DNA of 64,000 bases from Azolla caroliniana (taxonomy: Eukaryota; Plantae; Polypodiophyta), in contig JBHGNT010000022.1 in assembly GCA_043228905.1 (NCBI GenBank), positions 12,152,001 to 12,216,000 of the forward strand, read 5' to 3'. A model generated the notes under the pieces. That model saw only the letters and a list, made by a program, of their open reading frames with translations, did not search any database and was not told the origin of the DNA. Of the stretch, positions 38,502 through 50,225 are shown piece after piece. The position numbers and the translations under genes were made by a program. Positions within the stretch are counted from its first letter, which is position 1. Each line of letters begins with the position of its first letter.

Positions 38502-41500
38502 AAGATCTGGTGTCGGTATGGATGTCCGATAGAGTTAATAAGTGACCAAGGTGGGCACTTTTTAGGTCAAGTAGTGGAAAGTTTGACGACATTCTATGCG
38601 GTGGTGCACAAACGGAGCACTCCCTATTATACGCAAGCCAACGGATTAGCCGAGTCAACAAATAAAACACTACAGAACATCCTTCGAAAAATCGTCAATG
38701 AGAACCAGACGGATTGGGATACAAAGCTACACAGTGCACTCTGGGCCTATCGAACGGCATATAAGACAAGTATCCGCACAACACCGTTTCTCCTAGCATT
38801 CGGATTGGAATCAGTGATGTCGGTCGAGTTCCAGGTACTGAGTTTACGAATACAGATTCGGGAACGCCTAAATGAGAAGGAATCGGAAGCGATCCGGTTA
38901 GCCGCACTGTGCGAATTGGAAGAACACGGCTAGCCAGCATCATGCACCTAGAACTTGAGCAGCAGCGAAGGAAAGCGTTCGTGGACCGTCATCGAAAAGG
39001 GAACGAAAAGATGTTTGGAATCGGTAAGCCGGTACTAGTATTCTAGACCTGGATGGGTAAGATGTCGGGGAAGCTACGGTTTCGGTGGACCGAACCATAC
39101 TGGATTACGCGTGAGTTCAACGGTTCCTACCAGTTAGGGACACTTGCCAGCGAGGTTCTAGGTAAATGGGTCAATGAGTTCTGACTCAAACCATACAATG
39201 GACCCATGCCAAGAAACCCATTTGAACAAGTAAAGACCGACACAGAACCGGACACCAGTAAGTCGGAAGAGACGGCAACACATTTAGCAATCGGCAAGCG
39301 CGAAGTCGGTAAGAGGGAGCACGAGCCGGCAAACAACAAGAACGACGCGACGACAAGCAATCCAGCGGCCAACAAGTCCCACAATCTGGATAGGGTTCCA
39401 GTGGGACTAGATGCGAATTAACCAAACCATTTTTATTAAAAAATATATAATAAAAAATAAAAAATCAAATCAAATCAAAGTAAATCATGCAAAGGTGAGG
39501 GGTGAACGGACACATGCAAGAACAAGGAGTGAACATGCACTTTGAAAAGGTACGTAGTGGGCTATTAATAGGATATTAAACCGCCGCCACATGGCACGTC
39601 ATTCTATTTTAGTACACGACGTGCACACACGTGAGTAAGAAAAAAGGCGTCAACATGCAGCAAGAAAACTCCCACCGCGTGGAAGCCTTCACATTTCACG
39701 AACAAACGAGCACAGGCGATTGAAGATCATTAGACGTGAGCCCACGCACACAGAGCCTCCTCAAACACACCCCTCACCAGCGCTCACCGACCTCGATGAA
39801 GCCATGGACTGCCAAGCACTCTCTGAAGCGGCCAAGAAGTGGCCAAGGCAACACGGGTTAGAAGGTTTCCTCACAATCATGGAGGCTCCACCGCACCAGG
39901 AGGCGGAGAAGATAGTAAAGGAGATCGACACGGAACTTATCACGGAGGCCATCCATGCTTTGATTGGCCTTCCGGAGGGGGGCATCTTCACTATCGACAA
40001 CCCTACCCCATAGCAGCTTCGAAAATATTTTGGGGAATACTCTCTGGCCAGCAAGGCTTACCAGACACAGGGCGGCGAAGATCCCCTATTTCGAGAGATT
40101 GCCCATGTACTCCATGAATTTGGACATGTATACCCTCGACCCCCGTGCATGCCTTAGAACCAAGCCGGCTTAATCATAGCAACATATGAAGGCGTGAAGG
40201 TGGACTGGCCAGTACTAATTGCAGATGGCCTCTGTGTGGCCATCGACTCTGTAAGAGGCAAGGAGGGTTGGAAGATATGGACGGCACTGGCGCAATGGCT
40301 CACCCTATTGGCGCCACCTATCGAGCCCGTCAAGACCACAAAGTGGGGAAGAACAACCGAAGGCACCCCGAAAATGGCCTTGAAACGACAACAGTTGTTG
40401 GCCTCTAAGGCAACCAAACGGAAGGCGGCCGACACGGACCAGGCGGCAAAGGAGTGCGCCAATAGGAAGCGGTAGGTGGAAACGCAGGAGGAGCCACCGG
40501 CACGGCCAATCAAGATCAGACTTCACCAACCGGTTCAACAAGAGCCGGACCCCTTGGCAGCAAAAATCAACATCGGGACTCAGGAGAAGGAAGTGGAGGA
40601 GGAACCGTTAGAGCACCTCCAGCAGCGCCAGAAGGCAAGCACCTCCGAACAGGCCGGGGAGCGTTCGGACCCAAAGAAGGATGGAACGCCTCTACCCCGC
40701 ACTGAGCATCCCGCACCAAGGGTGGAATCGGAACCAGTTCGGACAGAACCGGTCACAGAGCTCCCTGCACAACAAGCTATACCGGCAGGTCAAGTTACGG
40801 CAAGACCCGAAATGCAAGCGCCGGAAGTACAGTGGCCTACCCCACCGGCAAGTCAAGAGCAATCAGAGGCAGAGCGGCCAACGGAGCCACAACCAGAACC
40901 AAAACGGCAAAGTGGTCACCAACCAGAGACAAAGTTGCATCTCAACGCAACCGGACAAAGCCGACCACTAGCCAGCGACACCAAAAGCCAACCCTCCGAG
41001 CAGACGCAACAACAGGACACCGGCAACCAATGGCTCCGGTGGATTGGAGAATAAATTGCCGGAGTAGTGCAGTACATAGAGGCGGAAGAGAAAGCGCAGA
41101 TGGACCGGTTGCTCGTCACAACCGGAGAACTAGAGACGGCCCGGTCAAGGATCCGGAGCCTAAAACAAGACTTGGACCTGGCCACAGAAGAATTGGCCAA
41201 AATGGCCTTAACCGGACCACCGATCCAAGCACCGGTGACTCCGGTAGATGTACAGAATAAAGACACACCGACACCTGTACATAACAATAAGACCCCGGAG
41301 ACGGAACCAATCCCGGAGATAGTGGCGGCGCAAGCAAAAGAGCTTGTTGAATTGAAAGATGAACTGGCCGCACAAGAAGCATTACGCACCCGAGAAAGGG
41401 ACTTGAAGAAAGCGGCAGAAGAAGAACAAAGGAAGACTGTTGAGAACCTCCGCCGGGCAGAAGACAATTTGCGGAAAGGACATCAAGCATATGACCGGCT

Positions 41501-43151
41501 TAAGGAGGAGAAAGAGAAAGCGCTGCAAGAAATGGAGAAGCTGTTACGGATGGCGGAAACGGAGATTGAAAGACTTAAAGAAGAACTCTGTCAATAGAAG
41601 GATCGGGAAGACTGCGCTCGCCGGCAACTCAACCAGAAGTTGAAGCAAAAGACCGATGATTTTGAGCACCTGCACCGGGACTACAAGCACTTGGATACGG
41701 AGCATAAGAAATAGCAAGAGAAGATGGCAGAGCTCCGGTAGGAGGTGCATCGAGCGGAGATGGCGCTAGCGGAGGAACAGGTTGAAAGAACCACGCTACT
41801 GGAGGAAGCCGCGCAAGAACGTATAGAGCTCCATAACCAGCATTATGAAGAGAAGGAAAGAGCGACAATGGTATTGCGGAGGTTGCAAAACACCTACCAA
41901 CACCAATTGTCACATTACCGGGAGCGGGAGGCGGACACGTTGGCGCTGATCAAGCAATTGAAGGAAGAACAGCAAGCCACGGAGGACAAATCGAAGATGG
42001 GATTGGAGCGGATCCAGTTCATTGTCCAAGCATGGAGGAACAAGACAAAACGCTTGATTGACGAAAGCTCCGTGCAATGGTGGGACAAATGGGCAAAACA
42101 AACAGCCGAGCTCCAGTTGCTAAGGGCGGACGCGAAAAACCGGCAGAAGGATGACGACGACGGTTACATGCTAACAAAGGAGGACTTCACCGCCGTAAGA
42201 GATGAGTTAGCCGAAGATTTTGTAACTCTAGCGAAGGAACAATCAGCAGTGGTCCGGCAACTGGTAGCACAGCTGGACGATGATCGATTGGATGCTCAAA
42301 TCCAGTTTGAAAGCTATGAGCGGACCAGGCTACGGAAAGAAGACGCAAAGCATGCGGCGACCGTCAACCTCAGCGATGAGGAGCCATCGCCGGAGCAAGG
42401 ACTGGATGGAGACAAGGCCAGGTCGAGTCAACCGGAGTCAAATCCAACAGAGCAGCTAACGGAGGAATCATCGCCACAACCGCCAGTACCGAGAGCCGAA
42501 CAGACGCCATCTAAGGAGCAACAATCGGAGGAGCTGGAGCCACAACAACAACAGCAACATCAGCAACATCAGCCGCAACAACAACAACAACAGAGTTCCG
42601 AAGAACCATTGGATACCCTGGAGCAGAGTATTCTGGATATCTTGGACGAAGGCTAAGGGCCGGATAGTGGGATTCGACATACAAGGTACTGTCCCACAAG
42701 CGTGCAATGTGTTACCCGGCCGGCAAAGGAGTTAAAGATCAGAATGTGAAAGGGATTGTTATTCGGAATCTATTTTACTTAAGTAGAATAGTGGGACATG
42801 AACGGACGGACCGGAATCGGTATGCCGATCCGGATCCGGACCGGTTCTGAACGGGTGCCGGTTGGCACCGTTTTGTACTCAGCACCGGTGACCTATATAA
42901 AGGCCCAGTTACAATGTAAAACTTTGATGGATAATTAATAGAGCTTCTTGTTTTATCCTTAAGTGTTGATTACCGTTTTGTACTAATTGTTCTATCATAC
43001 GTGTGTATCGAATTTAATGCCATATTGCTAAGTAGCCAATTAAGTCTGATTAATCGTTGTGTCTTAAGTTATCTCGCCGTAACACCCCTTTGGTGAAGTG
43101 TCTTCCGTAGACACCCTGTGTTAGGCCATTGTCCGGCCCTAAGGATTAACA
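38502..43151 (+). mobile_element. Ty3/Gypsy 3' half: integrase, extra ORF and 3' LTR
   Basis: RYGCPIELISDQGGHF, QANGLAESTN, ALWAYRT integrase; extra ORF 39804-42656; LTR ~42757-43151 (TGTTA...TTAACA) after gaaagggat; an alternative LTR start at 42710 is possible. Confidence 0.88.
39804..42656 (+). pseudogene. Gypsy accessory ORF (~950 codons; P/Q/E-rich linker, long coiled coil) with in-frame stops
   Basis: ORF-track pieces 39720, 40194, 40476, 41067 and 41745 share one frame, separated only by TAG/TAA codons. Confidence 0.8.
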
Positions 43152-45007
43152 AAGGGCGTGGATTCAAATCCCACCCTCATCATCGATGTAAAATGAATTG
43201 GCCGAGAATTGATACTCTAAATAAAAGTGGATGAGGTGGTCGAGTTGGTCTAAGGCGCTAGATTAAGGTTCTAGTCCGAAAGGGCGTGGGTTCAAATCCC
43301 ACCCTCATCATTGCTCGATGTAAAATGAGCATGTAACGTTTTGGTGACGAGCAGATGTCATAAATAGAAGTGGAGAGACGTGGCCGAGTTGGTCTAAGGC
43401 GCTAGATTAAGGTTCTAGTCCGAAAGGGCGTGGGTTCAAATCCCACCCTCATCATTGCTCGATGTAAAATGTGCATGTAACGTTTTGGTGACGAGCAGAT
43501 GTCCTAAACAGAAGTGGATGAGGTGGCCGAGTTGGTCTAAGGCGCTAGATTAAGGTTCTAGTCCGAAAGGGCGTGGGTTCAAATCCCACCCTCATCATTG
43601 CTCGATGTAAAATGAGCATGTAACGTTTAGGTGACGAGCAGATGTCCTAAACAAAAGTGGATGACATGGTTGAGTTGGTCTAAGGCGCTAGATTAAGGTT
43701 CTAGTCCGAAAGGGCGTGGGTTCAAATCCCACCCTCATCATCGATGTAAAATGAATTGGCTGAGAACTGATAATCTAAGTAGAAGTGGATGACATGGTTG
43801 AGTTGGTCTAAGGCGCTAGATTAAGGTTCTAGTCCGAAAGGGCGTGGGTTCAAATCCCACCCTCATCATCGATGTAAAATGAATTGGCCGAGAACTGATA
43901 ATCTAAGTAGAAGTGGATGAGGTGGCCGAGTTGGTCTAAGGCGCTAGATTAAGGTTCTAGTCCGAAAGGGCGTGGGTTCAAATCCCACCCTCATCATCGA
44001 TGTAAAATGAACGTGTAATGTAAAACAGAAGAGGATGAGGTGGCCGAGTTGGTCTAAGGCGCTAGATTAACTTTCTAGTGCGAAAGGGCGTTGGTTCAAA
44101 TCCCATCCTCATCATGGATGTAAAATGAATGTATAACGTTTTTGCAACAACTGATGACCTAAGTGGAAGTGGATGAGGTTGATGAGTTGGTCTAAGGCAA
44201 TAGATTAAGGTTCTAGTCTGAAAGGGCGTGGGGTCAAATCCCACTCCTATCATCGATGTAAAAGTAACATGTAATGTTTTGGCAACGAGTTGATGTCCTA
44301 AGCAAAAGTGAATGAGGTGATCGAGTTGGTCTAAGGCGCTAGATTAACTTTCTAGTGCGAAAGGGCGTTGGTTCAAATCCCATCCTCATCATGGATGTAA
44401 AATGAATGTATAACGTTTTTGCAACAACTGATGACCTAAGTGGAAGTGGATGAGGTTGATGAGTTGGTCTAAGGCAATAGATTAAGGTTCTAGTCTGAAA
44501 GGGCGTGGGGTCAAATCCCACTCCTATCATCGATGTAAAAGTAACATGTAATGTTTTGGCAACGAGTTGATGTCCTAAGCAAAAGTGAATGAGGTGATCG
44601 AGTTGGTCTAAGGCCGGTAGATTAAGGTTCTCGTCCGAAAGGGCGTGGGTTGAAATCCCACTCCTATCATTGATGTATGATATCCTAAATGGAAGTGGAT
44701 GAGGTGGCCGAGATGCTCTAAGGAGGTAGATTAAGGTTCTCATCCGAAAGGGCGTGGGTTCAAATCCCACTCTCATCATAGATGTAAAAATAATATGTAA
44801 CGTTTTGGCAATGAGACAAGTCCCTCCGGATGGGACGTGTTCGACAGTCGGATCCGGAAAGTATTCGAAAACTTGATCGAGCCATAGTGGATTAGAGGCA
44901 CAGATATTTTTAAATGTATGGAAGTGGATGAGGTGGCCGAGTTTGTCAAAGGCGCAAGATTAAGGTTCTAGTCCGAAAGGGCGTGGGTTCAAATACCACT
45001 CTCATGA
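43152..45007 (+). tRNA. Right block of the tRNA-Leu(AAG) array (13 units plus a 3' half), degenerating rightwards
   Basis: Units start at 43230, 43373, 43517, 43660, 43788, 43916, 44034, 44172, 44311, 44449, 44588, 44698 and 44927; 43517 and 43916 are consensus-identical. Confidence 0.92.
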
Positions 45008-45149
45008 TCGATGTAAAATGAACAAGAAACGTTTGTTGGTAGACAAGTCCCTCTAGATGGGATGCGTTGGACAGTCGGATCCGAACGAGGAACTGTATCA
45101 ACTGGAAGACATTCGAACGAAAAGTATCTTGATCGAGTCGTAGAAGATT

Positions 45150-46220
45150 AGAGGCTATATTGGTAAATAACCCTTACAAGTGTATAAGTATAAATACACG
45201 TATGGCTAACATCAAAATAGAGAGGTCATTACATAGTTGACCATGTGGTTGTACAGAGTTGAAATTTGAGCGAGGTAAGAGAGAGAGAGAGTGTGCTAGT
45301 AATCGTGGGTTAGACAAAAACGAGCTCGAGGTTGTTGGGCTCCCATGGTTTTCCACGTTAACATCTCGTATCTCTATGTTTAGTTCTCAGTTTTTCTCTC
45401 TAGACCTTGAAGTTCGGTTATGGCCGAACCCATTTTTCTATCAAACTAATATCAAAGCGTGGTTTATAACCTTCAAGCAAAGGAATATGGATGACTCATT
45501 CGGTGGATTGTTCACGCTGGCCGGCTCCAACTACTCTGTCTGGAAGTCGAAGATGAGGGATATGCTTGTCTGTAAAGACTTATGGTTGTCGGTGCAATAC
45601 GGCAAGACCAAGCCTGACAAGATCGATGCATCGACTTGGGAACTCGTGCATCAGAAGGCAGCGGCATACATAAGGTGTTTTATAGACATGAGTCTATACA
45701 ATAACTTCAATGAGAAGATAGATGTCAAAGTCCTGTGGAAGAAGATCGGGTTCATGTTCGAGAACAATAACTCTGTAAATTGAGTGTTAGTCTTCAGAAA
45801 GATAGTGAGACTGAGGTACCATGATGGCTCAAGCATTGCTAAGCACCTGAACACCTTCGAAGGACTAATCAACTAAACCAAGTCTCTGGAAGTACCTTTG
45901 GCTGACGAGGTATTGGCACTAATGCTGTTGGGATCCCTTCCGAATAGCTGGAGGACGCTTTTGGTGACCCTTGGTAATGAAGGACCACAATGCAAGCAAT
46001 TATCCCTAGAGATGGTGAAGTCGAGCTTGCTGAATGAAGAAGCTGACAGAGAATCCATCTCTGATCACAAGGCCCTTGTCGCATAAGGTGACTCCAATAG
46101 AGGAAGGGGTAAGCAAAGAAGTCCTCAAAATAGAGACATGTCCAGACCAAGGTCAACATCGAAGGGAAGGGCGTGCTTCTACTGTGGAAAGCTGGGACAT
46201 CCAGTCATCGATTTCGGCTA
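45150..46220 (+). mobile_element. Copia LTR/gag remnant
   Basis: Degenerate PBS tatcaaagc at ~45450; MDDSFGGLFTLAGSNYSVWKSKMRDML, LLGSLPNSW and CFYCGKLGH knuckle. Confidence 0.8.
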
Positions 46221-47264
46221 AAAAAATTAGTAAAGGATGCTACTACACACTTCGAAGTTAGAATTAAAATCTAAGAATTCCATCACAATCATCGTGATGA
46301 AGGCTTCATCGATTAAAATTATATAGATAATAATAAAACACGTAACTCTCATAGTACATGAGCAAAAATTTGATCTTTGTGTCCATCCATTTTCATTTCT
46401 CTCGTCAATCCCATTTATCGACGATTCATCCATCATAGGTAGGTTCAAAGAACACTCAAACCCTCAACCATCCACACCTAGTGTAAGTTCTTTTCAATTG
46501 AGCTACACATTTTTCTTTATCTTTAACTTGCCTCATCCAATCACCTTTCTTTCTTCTTTCCGCATGTAAATCTTTTAAATATATATTTATATATATAGTC
46601 TAAATCATTTTTTCATGTGTGCGCCTCACATCATGTCATCATCATGGCACTATGAAGAAGGGGAAAAGGGGTAAGGGGCAGGCAATATCAAAAAGTAGTT
46701 GGTGCGGGCTAGTGGAACATACCTTGGCAGTCCTATTGAGGTAGCCACAATGCATGTGATAGAGCAGAGTCCGCCATGGTGTTTGACTACTATAGCATGC
46801 AATAGTGGTGCAATAGAGCCCACCATGTTCGCTCGACCAAGCCTGCCAAGATGACACATCAGGGCACCAAACCCAAACAAACAACATGTACCATGAGACA
46901 ACAACACCACAAAACATTGGCACCACCCCTTTTGCTCATGGAAAAACCGAGGTTAGTGCCACAACAACACCATGTTTGCATCTCCTTGGCATAAACACCA
47001 CATTGGCATATACACATAAGGGCAAAAATAAATAAACTCATTCATTAAAAAATAGACATGGTAACGTAATACATTATACGACATGAACGTTGGAGGAAAA
47101 ATTTATCACCCAAATTAAGCTTTTCCATTACAAAGAGAAGAAAGAGAGAAACATAGGAGAATATTGAAGTTATTGAGTTGCTTGCTCTTGGATCAAGAAG
47201 ATGAATTGTTTTAGTTGCTCCAAGGTTAGCAATAAAAAAGCAATCACAAGAACACGATAACCCT

Positions 47265-47659
47265 GCTCTGATACCAAATGTAAGAAACTCATTAATGTTG
47301 GGCAATAACATTAAAGAAGAAATAATGAAAAAGGATGCTAGACCACCTACTAACGAAGTTGAGAGACAAATTTGAGCTTCTCTCACCCTGGCCCCCCGGG
47401 TCTCCAATATTATCAAGTACAGAAATGAATCGTATTGTGGGTTTGAATGAAGAACATGTGTATGCAACTAAAGCTCACTAGAACCTAATAACTCGTGTCC
47501 CCTCTATGACGATAGTGAGCCTTCTTTTATAGGCTAAAACTCTAGGTTCTTGTATCATGTCAAGTGGGGGTAAGGAGTCCAAGAGGCTCTTTCGATGCCC
47601 TAACTTGGGTATGTATATCATTCAAGACCCAATTTTCCATCTTCGTATTGCTCTATACA
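47265..47659 (-). mobile_element. LTR plus tRNA-Met PBS of a - strand LTR element
   Basis: gctctgatacca (reverse of TGGTATCAGAGC) at 47265-47276, next to TGTAAG...TATACA at 47279-47659. Confidence 0.7.
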
Positions 47660-47677
47660 TATCCTCTTAATCTACCA

Positions 47678-48210
47678 AATGCCACTACGGAATGTCAGGG
47701 TTGAAACCATGACCTTTGGGTCCCCATTGGGCAAGGAAAACATTAGTATCTTTGCTTCTTGCTTTTTGGGTGCTTGAAAAGAGCGGGGAAAGCAGAAAAG
47801 CGAGCTTTTTCTTTCATCAATCTTGGAAAACTGCACCTCCTCTTAATATACTTAGATGCCATTGCGGGATGTGGGGGGGTTGAACCCATGACCTTCGAGT
47901 CTCCATTGGGCAAGGAAAGCATTAGTCTCTTTGCGTTTTGCTTTTTGGGTGCTTGAAAAGAGCGGGGGGGAAAGCAGAGAAGCAAGCTTTTTCTTTTCGT
48001 CAATCATTGGAAAAGTGTTACCTCCTCTTTTAATCTACTTAGATGCCACTGCGGGAAGTAGGATTTGAGCCCATGACCTTCGAGTCTCCGGTTGGGCAAG
48101 GAAAAGCATCGGTCTCTTTGCGTTTTGCTTTTTGCTTTTTGGGAGCCTGGAAAAAGCAGGGAAAGCAAGCTTTTTGCTTTTCTTCAATCTTGGAAAAGTG
48201 TACCTCCTCT
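47678..48210. repeat. Three ~180-bp tandem repeats with a tRNA-like B box on the - strand
   Basis: atgcca(c/t)t.cgg.a...tga..ccatgacctt..gtc.cc..ttgggcaaggaaa at ~47679, ~47856 and ~48043. Confidence 0.85.
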
Positions 48211-48217
48211 TCTGCTG

Positions 48218-48265
<48 letters not shown>

Positions 48266-48367
48266 ATTCTCTCTCTTCCCCTGCTTCTTCCCCTTTCCCC
48301 CCGCGCGCCATAGATCTCTGCAGTTTCTGCAGAGAAAGAAAGCAAAGCAGAAATCAAGGAAGCAGAG

Positions 48368-49986
48368 ATGGGCAGTGTTCCTACGCCAGAAGAAGAAGAA
48401 GACGAAACAGCATCAGCAGGAAAATCCCATCCCCCCCTTCCTTCCTCCTCCTCCTCCTCCTCTTCTTCTTCTTCTTCTTCTGCTGCTGCTGCTGCTGCTG
48501 CTCCACAGCGATGGCAGAACGATTCACAGAACAGCTCTCGCTTCCATAATGACTTCCGCATTCCTCACCATCCCCCTCGTTCTCCCCACCACTACGAGTG
48601 GCGAGTAAGGGAAACAGTCATCAATGGAACAACATGGTATCCTCAACCCCCTCGATCTGGCCCTAACCCTAGGTATGCAAAACAAAACAATACAAACACA
48701 CAAAAAAAAAGGACCTCTGTATTGCTTTCTTTTCTCTGTTTTTTCTGTCTTTGTTTGTTAAATATGGCCTTTCATGGTGTCTAGTCTTAAGACCACTTCT
48801 TAGCAGACATTACAGGCATCCTCATGATGGTTCCTATCAGCAACATCCACATAGAACCATGCATTATCATGATAAGAATCATGATGATGATGATGTTGTT
48901 GAGGATGATGATCATGATTTGGCACATGATGGGTCTTACTTCATGCATCATCATGGACGGCAACATCAATATGATGGGGTCTATGGTCATATGCATCCTT
49001 ATCAACATCAGCAGCATGATGGGACTTATGCCATGATGCCCTACCATGATGGAGGTATGTATGGTAGTAGTCATGCTGTTACTTATGATGATGGATCGGC
49101 ACATGCCCCACCATGGTACTATTCTTATGATCATAATGCTTCGATGTTGAGGAGGCCGTACAATAATGCCGTGATGCCACATGGCGGTTACAATGTGGGG
49201 CCACGCGGCTATGGTGACTCGAGGTCACATGGTAGTTATGATGATGGCAGGTCTTCTTATATTCGCATTAGCCCACGTGGTGGCGAGAATGCAAGGTCAA
49301 GATCAAGGTCCTCGCATGGTGGGCAATATGTTGAGCACGAGAATCCTTACCATAGCTATAATGAGATGAATGGGTGCCCGATGGGGGGCCCACCTTTGTA
49401 TGGAATGCCGAGCACCGGGAACACGAGCCGGCACGTGGTCACGTGGTGCGGACACACGATGCCTGTCACCATCACCAGCCAGGCGGCTGCGGTGATCGAA
49501 TGGGTTCACCGCCAGACGGGTGGCCTCTTCGGCTTCGACCTCGAATGGAAACCAAATTTCTCTCCCGGCCAAGACAACAAAGCTGCCCTTCTACAGCTTT
49601 GTGGACCCGAAGACTGCTTGATCGTCCAGCTGCTCTACGCAGACATGATACCCCGTGCCTTGGTGGATTTCCTATTGGACGCGGGCAAGTCTCTTGGAGG
49701 CGTCGGGATCAGGCAAGATGTGAGTAAACTGGAGCGTGATCACGGGCTCGCGTGTCAGGGCCAAGTCGAGCTCGGGGCACTGGCTTCGGAGAAGCTCGAA
49801 AGGCAAGACCTACATGGAGGTGGGCTGAAGAAACTGGTAGACCAAGTGCTGGGGAAGACACTGGTGAAGGTGAAGAAGATTACCATGAGCAACTGGGAGA
49901 AAGAGTATCTTGATCAGAAGCAAATCGAGTATGCTTGTATCGATGCCTGGGCAGCCTTGGCACTCTTGCAAAAATTGATGGGTTAG
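48368..49986 (+). CDS. Werner-syndrome-like (WEX/RNase D family) DEDDy 3'-5' exonuclease with long low-complexity N-terminus; 2 exons
   Basis: Exon 48368-48672 (ag|gtatg) joins exon 48807-49986 (or 48816) in phase 2; motifs GFDLEW (ExoI), ALLQLC, IRQDVSKL (ExoII), SNW...YACIDAW (ExoIII). Confidence 0.88.
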
Positions 49987-50173
49987 AAGAAAGGAGTAGA
50001 AGAGTAAGGAAGGAAGGAGCAGCAGCAGCAGCAAAACAGAAACTGAGGCTAGGGTCTTTTCTTGTTTTAGGTTAGATGGTTTGTAACACAAACAAAAAAG
50101 AAGTCATGGATTTCTCATGTCTTCTCTTTCTTTTCAGAAGCTCACTTAGATTGTAAGGTAAGGTTAGGCTCAT

Positions 50174-50225
<52 letters not shown>

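Noticed and set aside
44062-44779. Minus-strand ORFs with repeated GFEPTPF
   Set aside because: Antisense translation of tRNA T-arms
34903-44780. Repeat-spacer periodicity resembling a CRISPR array
   Set aside because: The repeat is an 81-nt tRNA, spacers are themselves repeated in three classes, there are no cas genes, and the context is eukaryotic
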